Notes under the pieces: model-generated
What the model was told of the DNA's origin: nothing
The model's database searches: none
Seen by the model: the letters and a program-made list of their open reading frames with translations, nothing else
Assembly: GCA_963770835.1 (NCBI GenBank)
Contig: CAVYRH010000002.1
Location: 173,739 to 237,738 of the forward strand
From: an uncultured Pseudomonadota bacterium
GTDB taxonomy: Bacteria; Oederibacteriota; Muellerivitia; Muellerivitales; Muellerivitaceae
Direction: 5' to 3'
Length of the DNA stretch: 64,000 nucleotides
Position numbers and translations under genes: made by a program
Part shown: in pieces, positions 28,507 to 39,281 of the stretch
Layout of the letters: each line of letters starts with the position of its first letter
Position numbering within the stretch: the first letter of the stretch is position 1

Positions 28507-28535
28507 ATTATACTTTTCACGGCACCGGGAGTCAA
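28507..28535 (-). promoter_or_regulatory. Sigma70 promoter of tRNA-Gly
   Basis: TTGACT-N17-TATAAT. Confidence 0.8.
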
Positions 28536-28595
28536 TAAAAGTGGATCAACCTCTACCCAAACCTCGAGGCTATAACCGCCGGAGAACCAAAGGGT

Positions 28596-29418
28596 TTAGT
28601 CCTTTTTCAAGCCCAAATCCTTCACCACTTGTTCAATGATGTCGGCGTCGATTTGTTCCCGTTTCAACAAGATAGCCCTCCAACATCGCGTTGTCGCAAG
28701 TGGTATTGATAAGCCTGGGAATGCCCTTGGTGTAGTCGAATATCCTTTGGTAGGCGTTGGGCGTGAAAACTTCCTTCTCACAACCCGCCACGCTCAACCG
28801 GTGCTTGCAATATTGCTCGCTGGTCTCCCGCGTGAGGGATTTGATGAAAAATTTCATTGCCACCCGTTGGAGCAAAGGCGGATCCAGACCCAGGTAGGTT
28901 TCCAATTCAGGGAGCCCCAAAAGCACGATGGAAATGAGCTTGCGGCCCGGAACCTCCAAATTCAAGAGGCCACGGAACTCCTCAAAAATTTCCTTTTTCT
29001 GGAGCATGTTGGCCTCGTCGATCAAGACCACCGCCTTACGTCCCTCCTCGTAAATTTTCATGAGGCGTTCGTAAAGCTGCGAGATGACCTGGCCCTTGGT
29101 TTCCGCCGGCGAGTCCACGCCCAATTGATGGGCTATCTTTTTGAGCATCCATTCGGCCGAAATCTCGCTATGGACAATGACGAGGAGGGTGGCTTCGTAT
29201 TGGGGATCTTGCTCGAGTTTTTCGAGCGCTTTACGGGCCAGGAGGGTTTTGCCTGCGCCGATATCGCCCACCACCACTGTAAGGCCCTTCATGGTGTCCA
29301 CCGCATGAAGCATGCGCACCATGGCCTCGGCGTGTTGGCTGCTCTCGTAATAAAAACGGCTGTCCGGCGCGTTGGAAAAGGCTTGCTCTTTTAAACCGTA
29401 GAAGTTCTCGTAGCTCAT
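28596..29418 (-). CDS. ExeA/GspA-like AAA ATPase (1-bp frameshift near 28670)
   Basis: MSYENFYGLKEQAFSNAPD, GDIGAGKT, VLIDEA, GIPRLINTTCD; natural tail LKREQIDADII lies in another frame. Confidence 0.85.
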
Positions 29419-29515
29419 CGGGCAGTCCTTGGAACAGGCAAGAGCTACTCAACAGCCTGTCTTCCCGGTCGGGCCACCGGAAGGAGCTCCAGGCCCGGGA
29501 TTCGTCGAATACGGG

Positions 29516-29543
29516 AAAAAGCCCTTCAACTAAGGCTTTTCCG
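29516..29543 (-). terminator. Probable terminator after the TPR gene
   Basis: GGAAAAGCC...GGCTTTTTC hairpin. Confidence 0.5.
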
Positions 29544-29550
29544 CCTAAAA

Positions 29551-32046
29551 TCAGACGTAGCCTACCCTATTTGATTTCTTTTTGCCACCCGAATCTTTTT
29601 CCGGCTCAGTTGGATGGTTAGCCGGCGCAGGAGTCTCAATAGGCTTGGCGGACCCGGGGCTTGTGGGAGCGGCCTGGGAGGCCGCAGGTTTTTCAGGAAC
29701 GCCGCCGGCGCCCTTGGCTTTGATCAAGGCTTCTACATCCCCCAATTTCTTCTTGGCTTCCAGGTTATCCGGTTCCGTTTGTGTAATACGGCGGTAAATC
29801 TTGGCAGCCTCCTCCAAAAGCCCCTGGCGCACGTAAATATCAGCCACGGCGATCGTCATGAATTCGTCCCGACTATCCTCCAGTGAGTCTCCCCGCGATG
29901 GCGGCGGCGTACGGGAGGTCGCCGTTAGGCTGTTCGCAGCGGACTTTTCCCTTTCATCCCGCACCCTTTTCTCAACTTCTTCCCGGATTTTCCGATCGGT
30001 CGCGTCTTGCGATTCCCGCGCCTTCCGTTCAGCCTCTTCTTGGGCCTTTTTAAGCGTGTCATCCCTAAGACGTCTTTCTAATTCTTCCTTGTATTTTTTC
30101 TCAGCTTCCGCCTTGGCCAGCCGTTCCATTTCTTCCTGGGCCTTCTTCTCCGCTTCCTCCCGGGCCTTTTTCTCCAGCTCGGCCCTGGCCCTTTTATCCG
30201 CTTCTTGGCGCGCCTTCATCTCCAATTCTTCACGAAGGTGCTTGGCTTCCTCCTGGGCCTTTCTCTCCATCTCGGCCCTCAGGTGTTTTTCTTCCTCTTC
30301 TTTGGCCTTCTTTTCGGCCTCCAGTGCGCCGATGACATCTTCACCGGTTTTGACGTAGGCAGTATAGGCCTGGTTTAACTTTTGTTTCACTTGGGCGTCA
30401 TGGGGATGGGCTTCCGCCATTTGCTGATAAATTTCGATGGCTTCCTCCACCATACCTTGCTTCAAGTAATTATCGGCGATGGCGAGCTGGGCTTTCAGCT
30501 CTTCCTGTGAATCCATTTCAGCGGAAAGCCCTGCTTTTTCCAAAGTTTCAGCCGGGGGAGGGGTGGCCGCCGGCCTCGGTGGCTGTGAAAAAGGTTTCGC
30601 GACTTCCTGTTCCAAATCCAAAACACCGGCGGTCGGGGTTTTGGATTCCGGGGTTTTCGCATGACCGGCATCGGCCTTTACCGAAGATGCCGGCGTCGAT
30701 ACCACCATGGGCTCGGCGGATTTCGCGGGAGCCGCAGTCCCAGTGGCGACTTCTCCCATCACCCTTTTCTGGGCTTCGGAATGGCTAGGGTTCAATTCCA
30801 AAGTTTTATGGACTGCCTCCATCATGGGTTCCTTCTTACCTTGCTTCTCATAGAGAAGGGCCAACTTGAAATAAGCGTCGGAGGCGCCTTGCGTGTCCCC
30901 GATTTGTCTTAGGGCCTCGGCTAGTTTGGAATGAGCCGAAATTGAATTTTCATCCAGGGAAAGCAGCGCCCGGGCGAACTCAGCGGTTTTGGCATGGTCG
31001 TTTTTGGAGGCATAATGGTCGATCAGTGTTCCTAAATTGGTAATAGCATCGTGCTTACTCCCCTTTTTAATGCAAAGCTCCACCCAGGCTTCCAAGGCGG
31101 CGGGGTTGTCCTTCTCGAGTTTCAGGGCTTTCTGGATATTCTCCGAGGCCTTGTCCGCCTGGTTAAGTTCCAGAAGAACCCTCCCCAGGTTCGTCAGCGC
31201 CCCTACATGGGCCACTTTGAAGCGCAGGAGACTCTCGAATTCCGCCTTGGCTTCGGATAGTTTTTGTTTTTTGAAAAACACCATGCCAAGGACGTAATGG
31301 GCCTCGATACTCTTAAGTTCCACCGCCTTAGCGGCATAAGTGTTGGCGTTTTCCAGGTCCCCGGTGTTAAGGGCTTGTTCGGCGGCGTTCAGGTATTCTT
31401 TTTTGGCTTCCCCATCCGAACCCTGTTTGATGTGGATTTGGGCCAGATTGACCCGGGCCTCGATGTTGTTGGGGTCCAGCAGAACCACTTTCTGGAAAAT
31501 CTCTTGGGCTTTTTTGAAGAGACGATTTTTCAGGAAGGCCCCGCCCAGCATCTGGTACTGTTTGAGGGCTTCGGGGATTTGCCCCTTCTTTTCGTACAGC
31601 TCGCCTAATTTGTAGAAGGCGGCGAGATTCTCGAGGTCGAGCTTCAACACCTCCGTCAAGGCCTCAATGGCGACGTCCATATCGCCTTGTTCCATGGCCG
31701 TCTCGGCTTTAAGGGTCTGCTTGATGAGGTTTTGTTTTTTTTGGGCTTCGGCGGGAAGGAGGCTCGCGTCAAGCGCGGCAATCTTTTTGTTGACGATGAC
31801 AGCCTTGTCGGTTTGGCCGCGGGAGGAGAAATCCGTGGAAACCTTGATATATTCCTCGAAGGCTTCCCGGCTAGACCCCTTCTTGACGTAAACATCCCCC
31901 AGCATGTTATGGGTGTTGATATCCTCAGGATCCAGGGCGAGGAGTTTTTTATATTCCTCAATGGCCTTATCCCAGCGCCCTTCCTGGAAATAAATATAGG
32001 CCATTTTAACGATATTTTTTTTATCCCCACCTGCTGGAGTGCTCAT
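29551..32046 (-). CDS. Large TPR protein with charged coiled coil
   Basis: Many TPR repeats, an EK/A-rich coiled coil and a C-terminal TIAVADIYVRQG TPR. Confidence 0.88.
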   Translation of the reverse strand: MSTPAGGDKKNIVKMAYIYFQEGRWDKAIEEYKKLLALDPEDINTHNMLGDVYVKKGSSREAFEEYIKVSTDFSSRGQTDKAVIVNKKIAALDASLLPAEAQKKQNLIKQTLKAETAMEQGDMDVAIEALTEVLKLDLENLAAFYKLGELYEKKGQIPEALKQYQMLGGAFLKNRLFKKAQEIFQKVVLLDPNNIEARVNLAQIHIKQGSDGEAKKEYLNAAEQALNTGDLENANTYAAKAVELKSIEAHYVLGMVFFKKQKLSEAKAEFESLLRFKVAHVGALTNLGRVLLELNQADKASENIQKALKLEKDNPAALEAWVELCIKKGSKHDAITNLGTLIDHYASKNDHAKTAEFARALLSLDENSISAHSKLAEALRQIGDTQGASDAYFKLALLYEKQGKKEPMMEAVHKTLELNPSHSEAQKRVMGEVATGTAAPAKSAEPMVVSTPASSVKADAGHAKTPESKTPTAGVLDLEQEVAKPFSQPPRPAATPPPAETLEKAGLSAEMDSQEELKAQLAIADNYLKQGMVEEAIEIYQQMAEAHPHDAQVKQKLNQAYTAYVKTGEDVIGALEAEKKAKEEEEKHLRAEMERKAQEEAKHLREELEMKARQEADKRARAELEKKAREEAEKKAQEEMERLAKAEAEKKYKEELERRLRDDTLKKAQEEAERKARESQDATDRKIREEVEKRVRDEREKSAANSLTATSRTPPPSRGDSLEDSRDEFMTIAVADIYVRQGLLEEAAKIYRRITQTEPDNLEAKKKLGDVEALIKAKGAGGVPEKPAASQAAPTSPGSAKPIETPAPANHPTEPEKDSGGKKKSNRVGYV

Positions 32047-32425
32047 AAAACCTCAGGGAATCTGGCAGTAAGGGAAAAAAACCTTACCCGGCCCGACGCA
32101 AAAGCCGAATGTTTATCGGAGTTAAAATCGGCTAAAAATTAATGGTTTTGTCCGATTGCAAAACTGAAAGAAGGACCTGCATCCCGCAAAAATCCTTTAA
32201 TTCACTATAACATCGGCATTTTACCAACGCAAGAAAAGAGGCTCATGGCCGCCGTAAAGGAATAAAGAAGATCCAAAAACATCCTTGGGGGCAAACCAGC
32301 GCGGCAGGATCGGGAAAACCCCTTTCTTTCTGCTTCGAAAGCGCCGGGTAAGTCGACCGAGCCGAAATCGAAGCCGGACTGGGTTCCTTCGCGCCAAATT
32401 TTCGAAACTTGGATATCGGATAACC

Positions 32426-33013
32426 CTAGGTTTTCCAGGTAAATTTGAGCTGCCGGTGTCGGAAACAGGTTGTGACATGGTCGTTGACCATGCCCACCGC
32501 CTGCATATGGGCGTAAACGACCGTAGGCCCCAGGAACTTGAACCCCTTTGCCTTAAGGTCTTTCGCCCAACCTTCAGCTTCCTTGGTAAAAGCCGGATAA
32601 TCCCTCAAACGCCGGTACCGGTGGACAATAGGCCTTTCCTTAACCCAAGACCACATATACCGCGAAAAGGTCCCGAATTCGCGCCGTACTTCCTGGAACC
32701 TTCTGGCGTTGTGGATTGCCGCAACAATTTTGGCCCGGTTGCGGATAATGCCCTTGTCCCGAAGAAGGCGGGCTATTTCCTTCGCTCCAAACTTGGCAAC
32801 CTTCCGAAAATCAAACGCCGCGAAGGCTTTGCGGAAATTTTCCCGTTTGTACAGAACCGTTCTCCAGGACAATCCAGCCTGAAAGGTTTCCAAAACGAGG
32901 AACTCGTAGATCTTCCGGTCGTCACGGAGGGGTTTCCCCCATTCTTTGTCATGGTAGGCGGTCATTAGCGGATCATCGGAGGGCCAGGGACAGCGGGAGA
33001 GGGACTTCTTCAT
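32426..33013 (-). CDS. tag: DNA-3-methyladenine glycosylase I
   Basis: RCPW, YHDKEWG, LETFQAGLSW, IIRNRAKI, GMVNDH. Confidence 0.95.
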   Translation of the reverse strand: MKKSLSRCPWPSDDPLMTAYHDKEWGKPLRDDRKIYEFLVLETFQAGLSWRTVLYKRENFRKAFAAFDFRKVAKFGAKEIARLLRDKGIIRNRAKIVAAIHNARRFQEVRREFGTFSRYMWSWVKERPIVHRYRRLRDYPAFTKEAEGWAKDLKAKGFKFLGPTVVYAHMQAVGMVNDHVTTCFRHRQLKFTWKT

Positions 33014-33244
33014 GAAATTAACCGCAGGTCGTGGTATTTGAACATGTTTTTTCCTCTCCATGGAGTTTTGGTGAGTTCTATAATCCGCTTCAACGTCACT
33101 TTAACCTAACCTTCAATTCCAACAGTGGCAACACCGCTACGACCAACGCTTCTTCCTAGGGTTTGCTGCTTTCCGGCTATCCTAAAAAAAATCCGCCTTT
33201 ATACCGTACTTGAATAATTGCTTTTTAAATGTTAAAGAATTCCC

Positions 33245-33820
33245 ATGCATAAGGGAAGGTTGGAAGCTTTCAGCGACGGCGTCATCGCCATCATCATCAC
33301 CATCATGGTGTTGAACCTGCAGCCTCCCCAGGGCGCCGATACCTCCGCCCTAGCGCCCCTTCTCCCCCGCCTGGCTGGCTATGCCCTCAGTTTTGTTTTC
33401 CTGGGCATTTATTGGAGCAACCACCATCACCTCTTGCAAGCAGCCCAAAAGGTGAACGGCGCCATCCTTTGGGCCAACCTTCATTTGCTGTTCTGGCTTT
33501 CCCTGACACCCTTCGTGACGGCCTGGATGGATGAAACCGGTTTCGCGGCCCTGCCCACGGCCCTCTATGGGGTAATCCTGTTCCTGGCGGCGGTGGCCTA
33601 TTACATCCTGGTGCGTGCCCTTATCGCCCATCACGGCAAAAATTCAACCCTAGCTCAGGCAATCGGCCAGGATTTCAAGGGCAAGTTGTCGGTCATCCTT
33701 TATGCCGCGGCGATCCCCCTTTCCTTCCTTCAACACTCGGTCGCTTTGGGAATCTACGTCTTGGTGGCCGTCATTTGGCTCGTTCCCGACCAGCGCATTG
33801 AGAAGAATCTGTCGGCCTGA
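33245..33820 (+). CDS. TMEM175/DUF1211 family membrane protein
   Basis: RLEAFSDGVIAIIITIMVL, YWSNHH. Confidence 0.92.
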   Translation: MHKGRLEAFSDGVIAIIITIMVLNLQPPQGADTSALAPLLPRLAGYALSFVFLGIYWSNHHHLLQAAQKVNGAILWANLHLLFWLSLTPFVTAWMDETGFAALPTALYGVILFLAAVAYYILVRALIAHHGKNSTLAQAIGQDFKGKLSVILYAAAIPLSFLQHSVALGIYVLVAVIWLVPDQRIEKNLSA

Positions 33821-33842
33821 CTTACGGCGCCGAAGACATATC

Positions 33843-35636
33843 TCATCCGATATACCCGCCCTTCTGAAGATTCCAAAGTTTCCGGTAAAGGCCCGGCTTC
33901 CGGATCAATTCCCGGTGATTCCCCTGCTGGACCACCCTGCCTTTGTCTAAGACGACGATGATATCCGCGCTCATGATGGTGGAAAGACGGTGGGCGATGA
34001 GGATGCAGGTCCTTCCTTTCATCAAGTCCTTCAAACCCTTTTGAATTTCATGCTCCGTTTCCGAATCCAGCGAGGAAGTGGCTTCGTCCAGGATGAGGAT
34101 TTTCTTGTCCGCGAGGAGGGCCCGGGCAATGGAAACCCTCTGCTTTTCCCCACCGGAAAGTTTCACCCCCCGCTCCCCCACGATGGTTTTTTCCTTGGAA
34201 GGCAGGCCCTCGATGAATTTCGCGAGTTGGGCGAACCGGATGGCGGCGAAAACCTGTTGGCGGGAGGCCCCGGGGTTGGAGAAGGCGATATTGTTGTAGA
34301 GGGTGTCATCGAAGAGAATGCATTCTTGCGGCACCATGGAAAGGGAATCCCGGAGGGAGGTTTGGGTCACCTCCCGGACACCCTGCCCATCCAATCGGAT
34401 AGAACCCTTTTCCACATCGTAAAGCCGGTAGAGAAGGCGAATCAGGGTGGTCTTGCCCGCGCCCGAGGGCCCGACCACCGCCACCCTCTTATGCGCGGGT
34501 ACTTTGAGGGTAAATCCGGCAAGAATGGGCCTTTTTCGGTAAGTAAAGACCACATCCTTGAACTCGATGGTCCCTTTCTCCAAATGAAGCGCCTTGGCAC
34601 CCGGTTTGTCCTTGATCTCATTGCCGGTCTTTCCGTATTGGAACAAGTCCTCGAAGTCGGCGACGGCCCGGTACATATTGCGGATGCCCATGACGAAGCC
34701 TGAAAGGTACTGGAGGAGCGTTCCAAATTGGGTGAAGACGAAAACAAACTCGCCCATGCTCAGGGTTTTGTCCTTAATGTCCTCCATGGAAAAATAAATG
34801 AGGAAAAAAGTCCCCATCCCAACAATGAAGTACTGACCAGCCTCCGAAAGCTTGTACTGGTCCCAAAAATGCAGCTGGAGCTCCCGGGTCTTCTCGCTGA
34901 TGTCGAAAAAACGCCTCTCCACGTCCCTTTCCTTGGCGAAATACTTGATGGACTCGATATTGGTGAAGACGTCGCTGATGTTAGCCTTCTCGATGTCGGA
35001 GATGTTGTTGTACATGGCGTTGGGTTTCCTTTGCCGCAAAACGAAGTAATAGGAAAAACCCATGTAGGACACCACCGTCGCCAGCACCACACACCCCACC
35101 TGCCGGGTGAAATGGGCGATGAGGACGCCCGAAAGGGCCATCTGGAAAAGAATGGGGATGAACTGGAAAACGAAGACGTCGGTCATGGTTTCAACCGCCC
35201 CCGACCCGCGGATCAGTCGCGAAATGAGCGACCCGGTCTTGTGGGAGGTATGGAAGCCGTGGGAAAGCGCGAGGATATGGTTAAAAAAATGGCGTTTGAT
35301 GTCGGCGATCAGGCGGGATTCGAGCCGGTTAATCCAGGAAAGGTTCTGCCAACGCGCCAGCGCCCGGGCAAAGGGAATAGCCAGGAGAACCCATAGGAGG
35401 GGCTGGAGAAGATCCTCGAATTCCCCCAGGGTCTTTTGATGATTCAGGTATTGGGTGGCCGCGTCCACGACCCGCCCGAAGTAAATGTTGAAAAGGGGAT
35501 CCAGGGCCGTGACAAAAAAGATCAACCCGGCCAAGAAGAAACATCCCCATTTATACTTCTTCAAGAACCCGAAATAGACCTTGAAGTTGTACCGGAAGTC
35601 GATGAATTCCTTGTCAGAGACTTCAATGTCCGACAT
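33843..35636 (-). CDS. ABC exporter, fused permease/ATPase
   Basis: TM domain, GPSGAGKT, LSGGEKQR, ILDEATS. Confidence 0.93.
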   Translation of the reverse strand: MSDIEVSDKEFIDFRYNFKVYFGFLKKYKWGCFFLAGLIFFVTALDPLFNIYFGRVVDAATQYLNHQKTLGEFEDLLQPLLWVLLAIPFARALARWQNLSWINRLESRLIADIKRHFFNHILALSHGFHTSHKTGSLISRLIRGSGAVETMTDVFVFQFIPILFQMALSGVLIAHFTRQVGCVVLATVVSYMGFSYYFVLRQRKPNAMYNNISDIEKANISDVFTNIESIKYFAKERDVERRFFDISEKTRELQLHFWDQYKLSEAGQYFIVGMGTFFLIYFSMEDIKDKTLSMGEFVFVFTQFGTLLQYLSGFVMGIRNMYRAVADFEDLFQYGKTGNEIKDKPGAKALHLEKGTIEFKDVVFTYRKRPILAGFTLKVPAHKRVAVVGPSGAGKTTLIRLLYRLYDVEKGSIRLDGQGVREVTQTSLRDSLSMVPQECILFDDTLYNNIAFSNPGASRQQVFAAIRFAQLAKFIEGLPSKEKTIVGERGVKLSGGEKQRVSIARALLADKKILILDEATSSLDSETEHEIQKGLKDLMKGRTCILIAHRLSTIMSADIIVVLDKGRVVQQGNHRELIRKPGLYRKLWNLQKGGYIG

Positions 35637-35983
35637 AGATGAAAGCCCTCTTTAACCCATGATGGATGATATTTTTACCGGCTTTGACTAATGAACAAGC
35701 ACATTTATGAATCCCAAGACAGCATCTTAGAATAATAAAATTGATTTGAGCGGGTGAGAAAATGGGTAAAAAGAGGTTCTCACGCCAAAAAGGACAGTTT
35801 ATTTAAATAAAAAACAAAATAAACGTCCAGACCCAGATTTATAAACTTAACAGATCGATTAAGGTCCAAACAAACACCGTTGAGTCGGGTAAAACCTTGA
35901 GCGGCGGAAAAGAAGAAGCTTATGATCCAGTCCATGCAAAAAATTCCTGTCCGATTTACAATGGTGCGAATGGATGGCACTGC

Positions 35984-36355
35984 ATGAAGAAGGACAACCT
36001 TCGAAAAAACAAGCGGCTCTCGGTCCGGACACCGGTCGAAATCTATCCCGTGTTCCCGAGCTATGAGGAATGGCTGGCGGATTCAGGTAGGAATTATTTG
36101 ACGGGCCGTTTGAACGACTTAAGCCGGGGCGGATTGGGCCTGACCTCGAAAAGGCGTCTCTTGGAGGGCTCCGTCCTCAAGTTCCGTTTTTCCCTCCGGG
36201 GGAACCGGCGGGTGGAGATTTTCGGAAAAATCGTCTGGGCTCGGCGCCAGCGGGCCGGCGCGAGGTTTTTTTTACTGGTGGGGGATTCGTCAAAAACCGA
36301 TGCGACCCAGCTTTCACCCATCGGAGCCGGACCCCTACTATTATCCCTTTCTTAA
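35984..36355 (+). CDS. PilZ domain protein
   Basis: RKNKR (RxxxR) and DLSRGG motifs. Confidence 0.75.
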   Translation: MKKDNLRKNKRLSVRTPVEIYPVFPSYEEWLADSGRNYLTGRLNDLSRGGLGLTSKRRLLEGSVLKFRFSLRGNRRVEIFGKIVWARRQRAGARFFLLVGDSSKTDATQLSPIGAGPLLLSLS

Positions 36356-36451
36356 AACGAGAAAACCGGTGTATGCCAGGCTTCGTCCCGGCACATATCA
36401 AATTTCAATATTAATAGCTCTTGCCAAGCGTTTTTCTCCAGGAAAATTTAG

Positions 36452-36502
36452 GCCCGAGGTCGGACTTGAACCGACATGACCGTGAGGTCGATAGATTTTG
36501 AG
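36452..36502 (-). repeat. 3' fragment of tRNA-Leu(CAA), island att site
   Basis: Matches tRNA-Leu 60534-60584 from anticodon loop to acceptor stem except in the variable arm. Confidence 0.9.
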
Positions 36503-36628
36503 AGTCGCAATGGGTTGCTTGATTTTGTTTTCTTAAAGCTTCTAAAACCCTTACAGCTAAAGCGAAAAACGAACTTTTTTCCTTCTCCTTTCCCGCCCCG
36601 AAAAGGGCGTTTGTCATTCCCGTGTCAT

Positions 36629-37699
36629 TCAGGTCCCGAATTTGGTGTCATTGAACACCCGAACTCGCTCTAAAGCCAATTTTCGGTCTTCCCTATCAAC
36701 CTTGTCATATCGCCTGAAAACCGCGTTGGTCTTATGCCCGCTGACGCTCATGATGACCGAATCTGGCACCCCCGCCTTGCGCATATTCGTGATCGCGCAA
36801 TGTCGAAGGTCGTGAAAATGGAAATTATCCAATCCGGCCTTTTGACAGGCGTTTTTGAACCCGGTCTTACAAGCCGTTAGCCTCTTTCCTTTATAAGTGA
36901 AAACTAACGGGCTACCTATTGTCTTGGGAACCCTTTTGATGATTTCCTTTAACTTCTCATCAACTGGTATTTCCCTCTTTTCCTGAGTCTTCGTATCCTC
37001 CGCCTCAAGAAAAATAACACCCTTTTGGAAATCCACCTGATCCCATCTTAGACCTAGGATTTCACCCTTCCTCATGGCCGTGTAGTAAGCCAACTCGACC
37101 ATTGATTTCAGGTGAGGCGGACAGCATTCCAAAAGCCGTTTAATCTCAGCCGGTGAAAGGGTCCTATCCCTGGGGATTTCCTTAAATAACCTGATCCCCT
37201 CGATTGGATTCCTGTCGATCTGCCTGTTTAACTTCGCTCTATTAATAATCGTTTTTAAGCAGGCAATATCCCGGTTGAGGGTGGCCGCCTTCATTTCCTC
37301 CCCTTTGGGTTTTCCGGTTTTCCTTCTCCAAGTTAAATACTTTTCAGCCAGGTCAAGGTTCAGGCTTTCCAAAAGCTTATCGCCAAAAAAAGCCTTAAGG
37401 TTTGCCACGTAATACTTGTCCCGATGAAAACTTCTCTTCCTGGACACCGAATAAGCCATAAAGGAATCGGCGGCTTCGTTGAAAGTGATCTTCGGCTTAT
37501 CCTGCGCCAAATAACTGTTTTCAACGATCTCTTGCATGTGTTGGGCCAAGACCTTCTTTGCCTGAGGCAAAGGGATCTGTCCCAAACGCACTCTTTTACG
37601 TTTATTAACTCCTTCCTCCTGGATAAAAAAATCCAGGAAATATCCCCCTCTATCTTTCCGAAGATGTTGGGGCAATCCGTGAACATTAGGCTTACTCAT
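36629..37699 (-). CDS. int: Tyrosine integrase
   Basis: TAMRKGEILGLRW, FHDLRH, SGHKT, RRY. Confidence 0.95.
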   Translation of the reverse strand: MSKPNVHGLPQHLRKDRGGYFLDFFIQEEGVNKRKRVRLGQIPLPQAKKVLAQHMQEIVENSYLAQDKPKITFNEAADSFMAYSVSRKRSFHRDKYYVANLKAFFGDKLLESLNLDLAEKYLTWRRKTGKPKGEEMKAATLNRDIACLKTIINRAKLNRQIDRNPIEGIRLFKEIPRDRTLSPAEIKRLLECCPPHLKSMVELAYYTAMRKGEILGLRWDQVDFQKGVIFLEAEDTKTQEKREIPVDEKLKEIIKRVPKTIGSPLVFTYKGKRLTACKTGFKNACQKAGLDNFHFHDLRHCAITNMRKAGVPDSVIMSVSGHKTNAVFRRYDKVDREDRKLALERVRVFNDTKFGT

Positions 37700-37825
37700 A
37701 CTGCCTCCTAATGTCCCTTGCTTTTTGGCATTTTACCAAATTTCGAAATAAATTCCTTAAGCAGTTGGATTCATTTTTTTGAAATAAACGATATCCGCCA
37801 CGGCACCTTAAAAACGGTTATTCCA

Positions 37826-38977
37826 TTAACTTTGTGCCAGTTTCATCCACCAAGGCGGTTGAAGTTCATGTGGCTTTCGCCCCACAGCAAAGGGAGCGAG
37901 ATCCAGTTCCGTCTTCCTATCCAAGATCAATTGGGCCATCAGATATCCGCTGGCGGCCGCAAGCAGATGGCCGTGCGTGTGGTGTCCGGCGGCAATGTAA
38001 AGTCCTTCCGTACCTGGGACAGTGCCCAAAAAAGGATGGCCATCCACCGAACCGGGGCGGAAACCAGAGAAATAACCCGATACCCGTAGCGGTGACAAAA
38101 CCGGTGCCATGCGTCTGGCTGCGGTCGCCAGCGTCGCAATGCCTTCAGGCGTCACGGCTCGTTCAAACCCAGCTTTTTCCAAGGTACTGCCGACGTACAA
38201 TTCGCCGCCCCGGCGCGGCACCATGTAGTAACCGGATGCGAAAAGAATGTGCTTGATCCCTGAAAGGGGCCCTTGAAGGAGCAGCACCTGTCCCCGAAGG
38301 GGATACACGGGCAACCGGATTCCCAAGGGGCTTAACAGTTCCGGAGCCCAAGCCCCGGTGGCCAACACCACGGCCTCGGCCTTGATGGTCCGCATTGCGG
38401 TTTTGACGCCTTCCACCCGCCCAGCGCGCACCACTAACCGCTCCACCGGTTCGTTGGTATGGATGGGCACCCTTGCGCGCCGCACCGCTTCCACCGTCGT
38501 CCGGCACATGGCGGACGGGCGAATCTGCGTGGTATCGGGCAGGAACATGGCCCTTCGAACGTCTTTCGGCAAGGCGGGTTCCTTGCGGCGGGCTTCCTTG
38601 CCACCCAACCATACAACCTCCATGCCCAATTTCACCAGGCGTTTGGAGAGCATCCGCGCGTTCTTTTCTTCGTTTTCGGAAAACAAAAGCCCCATCGATC
38701 CCGACGTTTCCCATTCGGGGTCCAACCCAGAAGCACGTTTTAATTCCTTCACCCAGGACGGGTACAGGCGGTAGGACAAACGGCTCAGCTCATAGAGTTC
38801 CGGGGTGTCGAATGCCACACTGTGGAGCGGCAACATCCCCGCCCCTGCGGCGGAAGCTTCTTGCGCGGGCGCTTGACGATCCAGAACGATGGGGCGCGCG
38901 CCGCGTTTTTTGAGATGCCAGGCGACGGAGAGGCCGACGAGACCGCCACCAATAACTATAATTTTCGGGTTTTTCAT
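37826..38977 (-). CDS. thiO: FAD-dependent glycine oxidase (ThiO/DadA family)
   Basis: IGGGLVG, ASAAGAGML, PLRGQ, GFRP, GH. Confidence 0.8.
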   Translation of the reverse strand: MKNPKIIVIGGGLVGLSVAWHLKKRGARPIVLDRQAPAQEASAAGAGMLPLHSVAFDTPELYELSRLSYRLYPSWVKELKRASGLDPEWETSGSMGLLFSENEEKNARMLSKRLVKLGMEVVWLGGKEARRKEPALPKDVRRAMFLPDTTQIRPSAMCRTTVEAVRRARVPIHTNEPVERLVVRAGRVEGVKTAMRTIKAEAVVLATGAWAPELLSPLGIRLPVYPLRGQVLLLQGPLSGIKHILFASGYYMVPRRGGELYVGSTLEKAGFERAVTPEGIATLATAARRMAPVLSPLRVSGYFSGFRPGSVDGHPFLGTVPGTEGLYIAAGHHTHGHLLAAASGYLMAQLILDRKTELDLAPFAVGRKPHELQPPWWMKLAQS

Positions 38978-39281
38978 GATTTCTCTCAATTTTTTGAATC
39001 GTTGAAGGCGAGGATGAGATGCGCGCTTTCGAGGCGTCTTTCGATATGAAACATTTACTTTCCGAAGAGCGAATCGGACCCCTGATCAAAAGAGCTTCAT
39101 TTTAAAGTTTTTTTGGGGCGCGAGTTGAAATAGTTTCTTTTATGAATGGAGACCAGCTTGTATATTTCAAGTTTAACGCAGTTCAACAATTTAAGTTCCT
39201 CCGGCTCTTTCTTTAGCAGCTTCTTCCTTGCCGAAACAACTCCGGCTCATACTGGTCGTTACTAATTCTCACGTGAGACCT

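Noticed and set aside
29430..29510. SRP-RNA-like CCGGAAGGAGC hairpin
   Set aside because: Lacks the conserved CAGG..GGAA.GCAGC helix context.
32050..32400. c-di-GMP-I riboswitch-like words (GACGCAAAAGCC, GGCAAACC)
   Set aside because: The motifs are in the wrong order and ~200 bp apart; no GEMM fold.
36420..36428. CTTGCCAAG as partner att core of the tRNA-Gly half
   Set aside because: Not followed by tRNA 3' sequence; short chance match.
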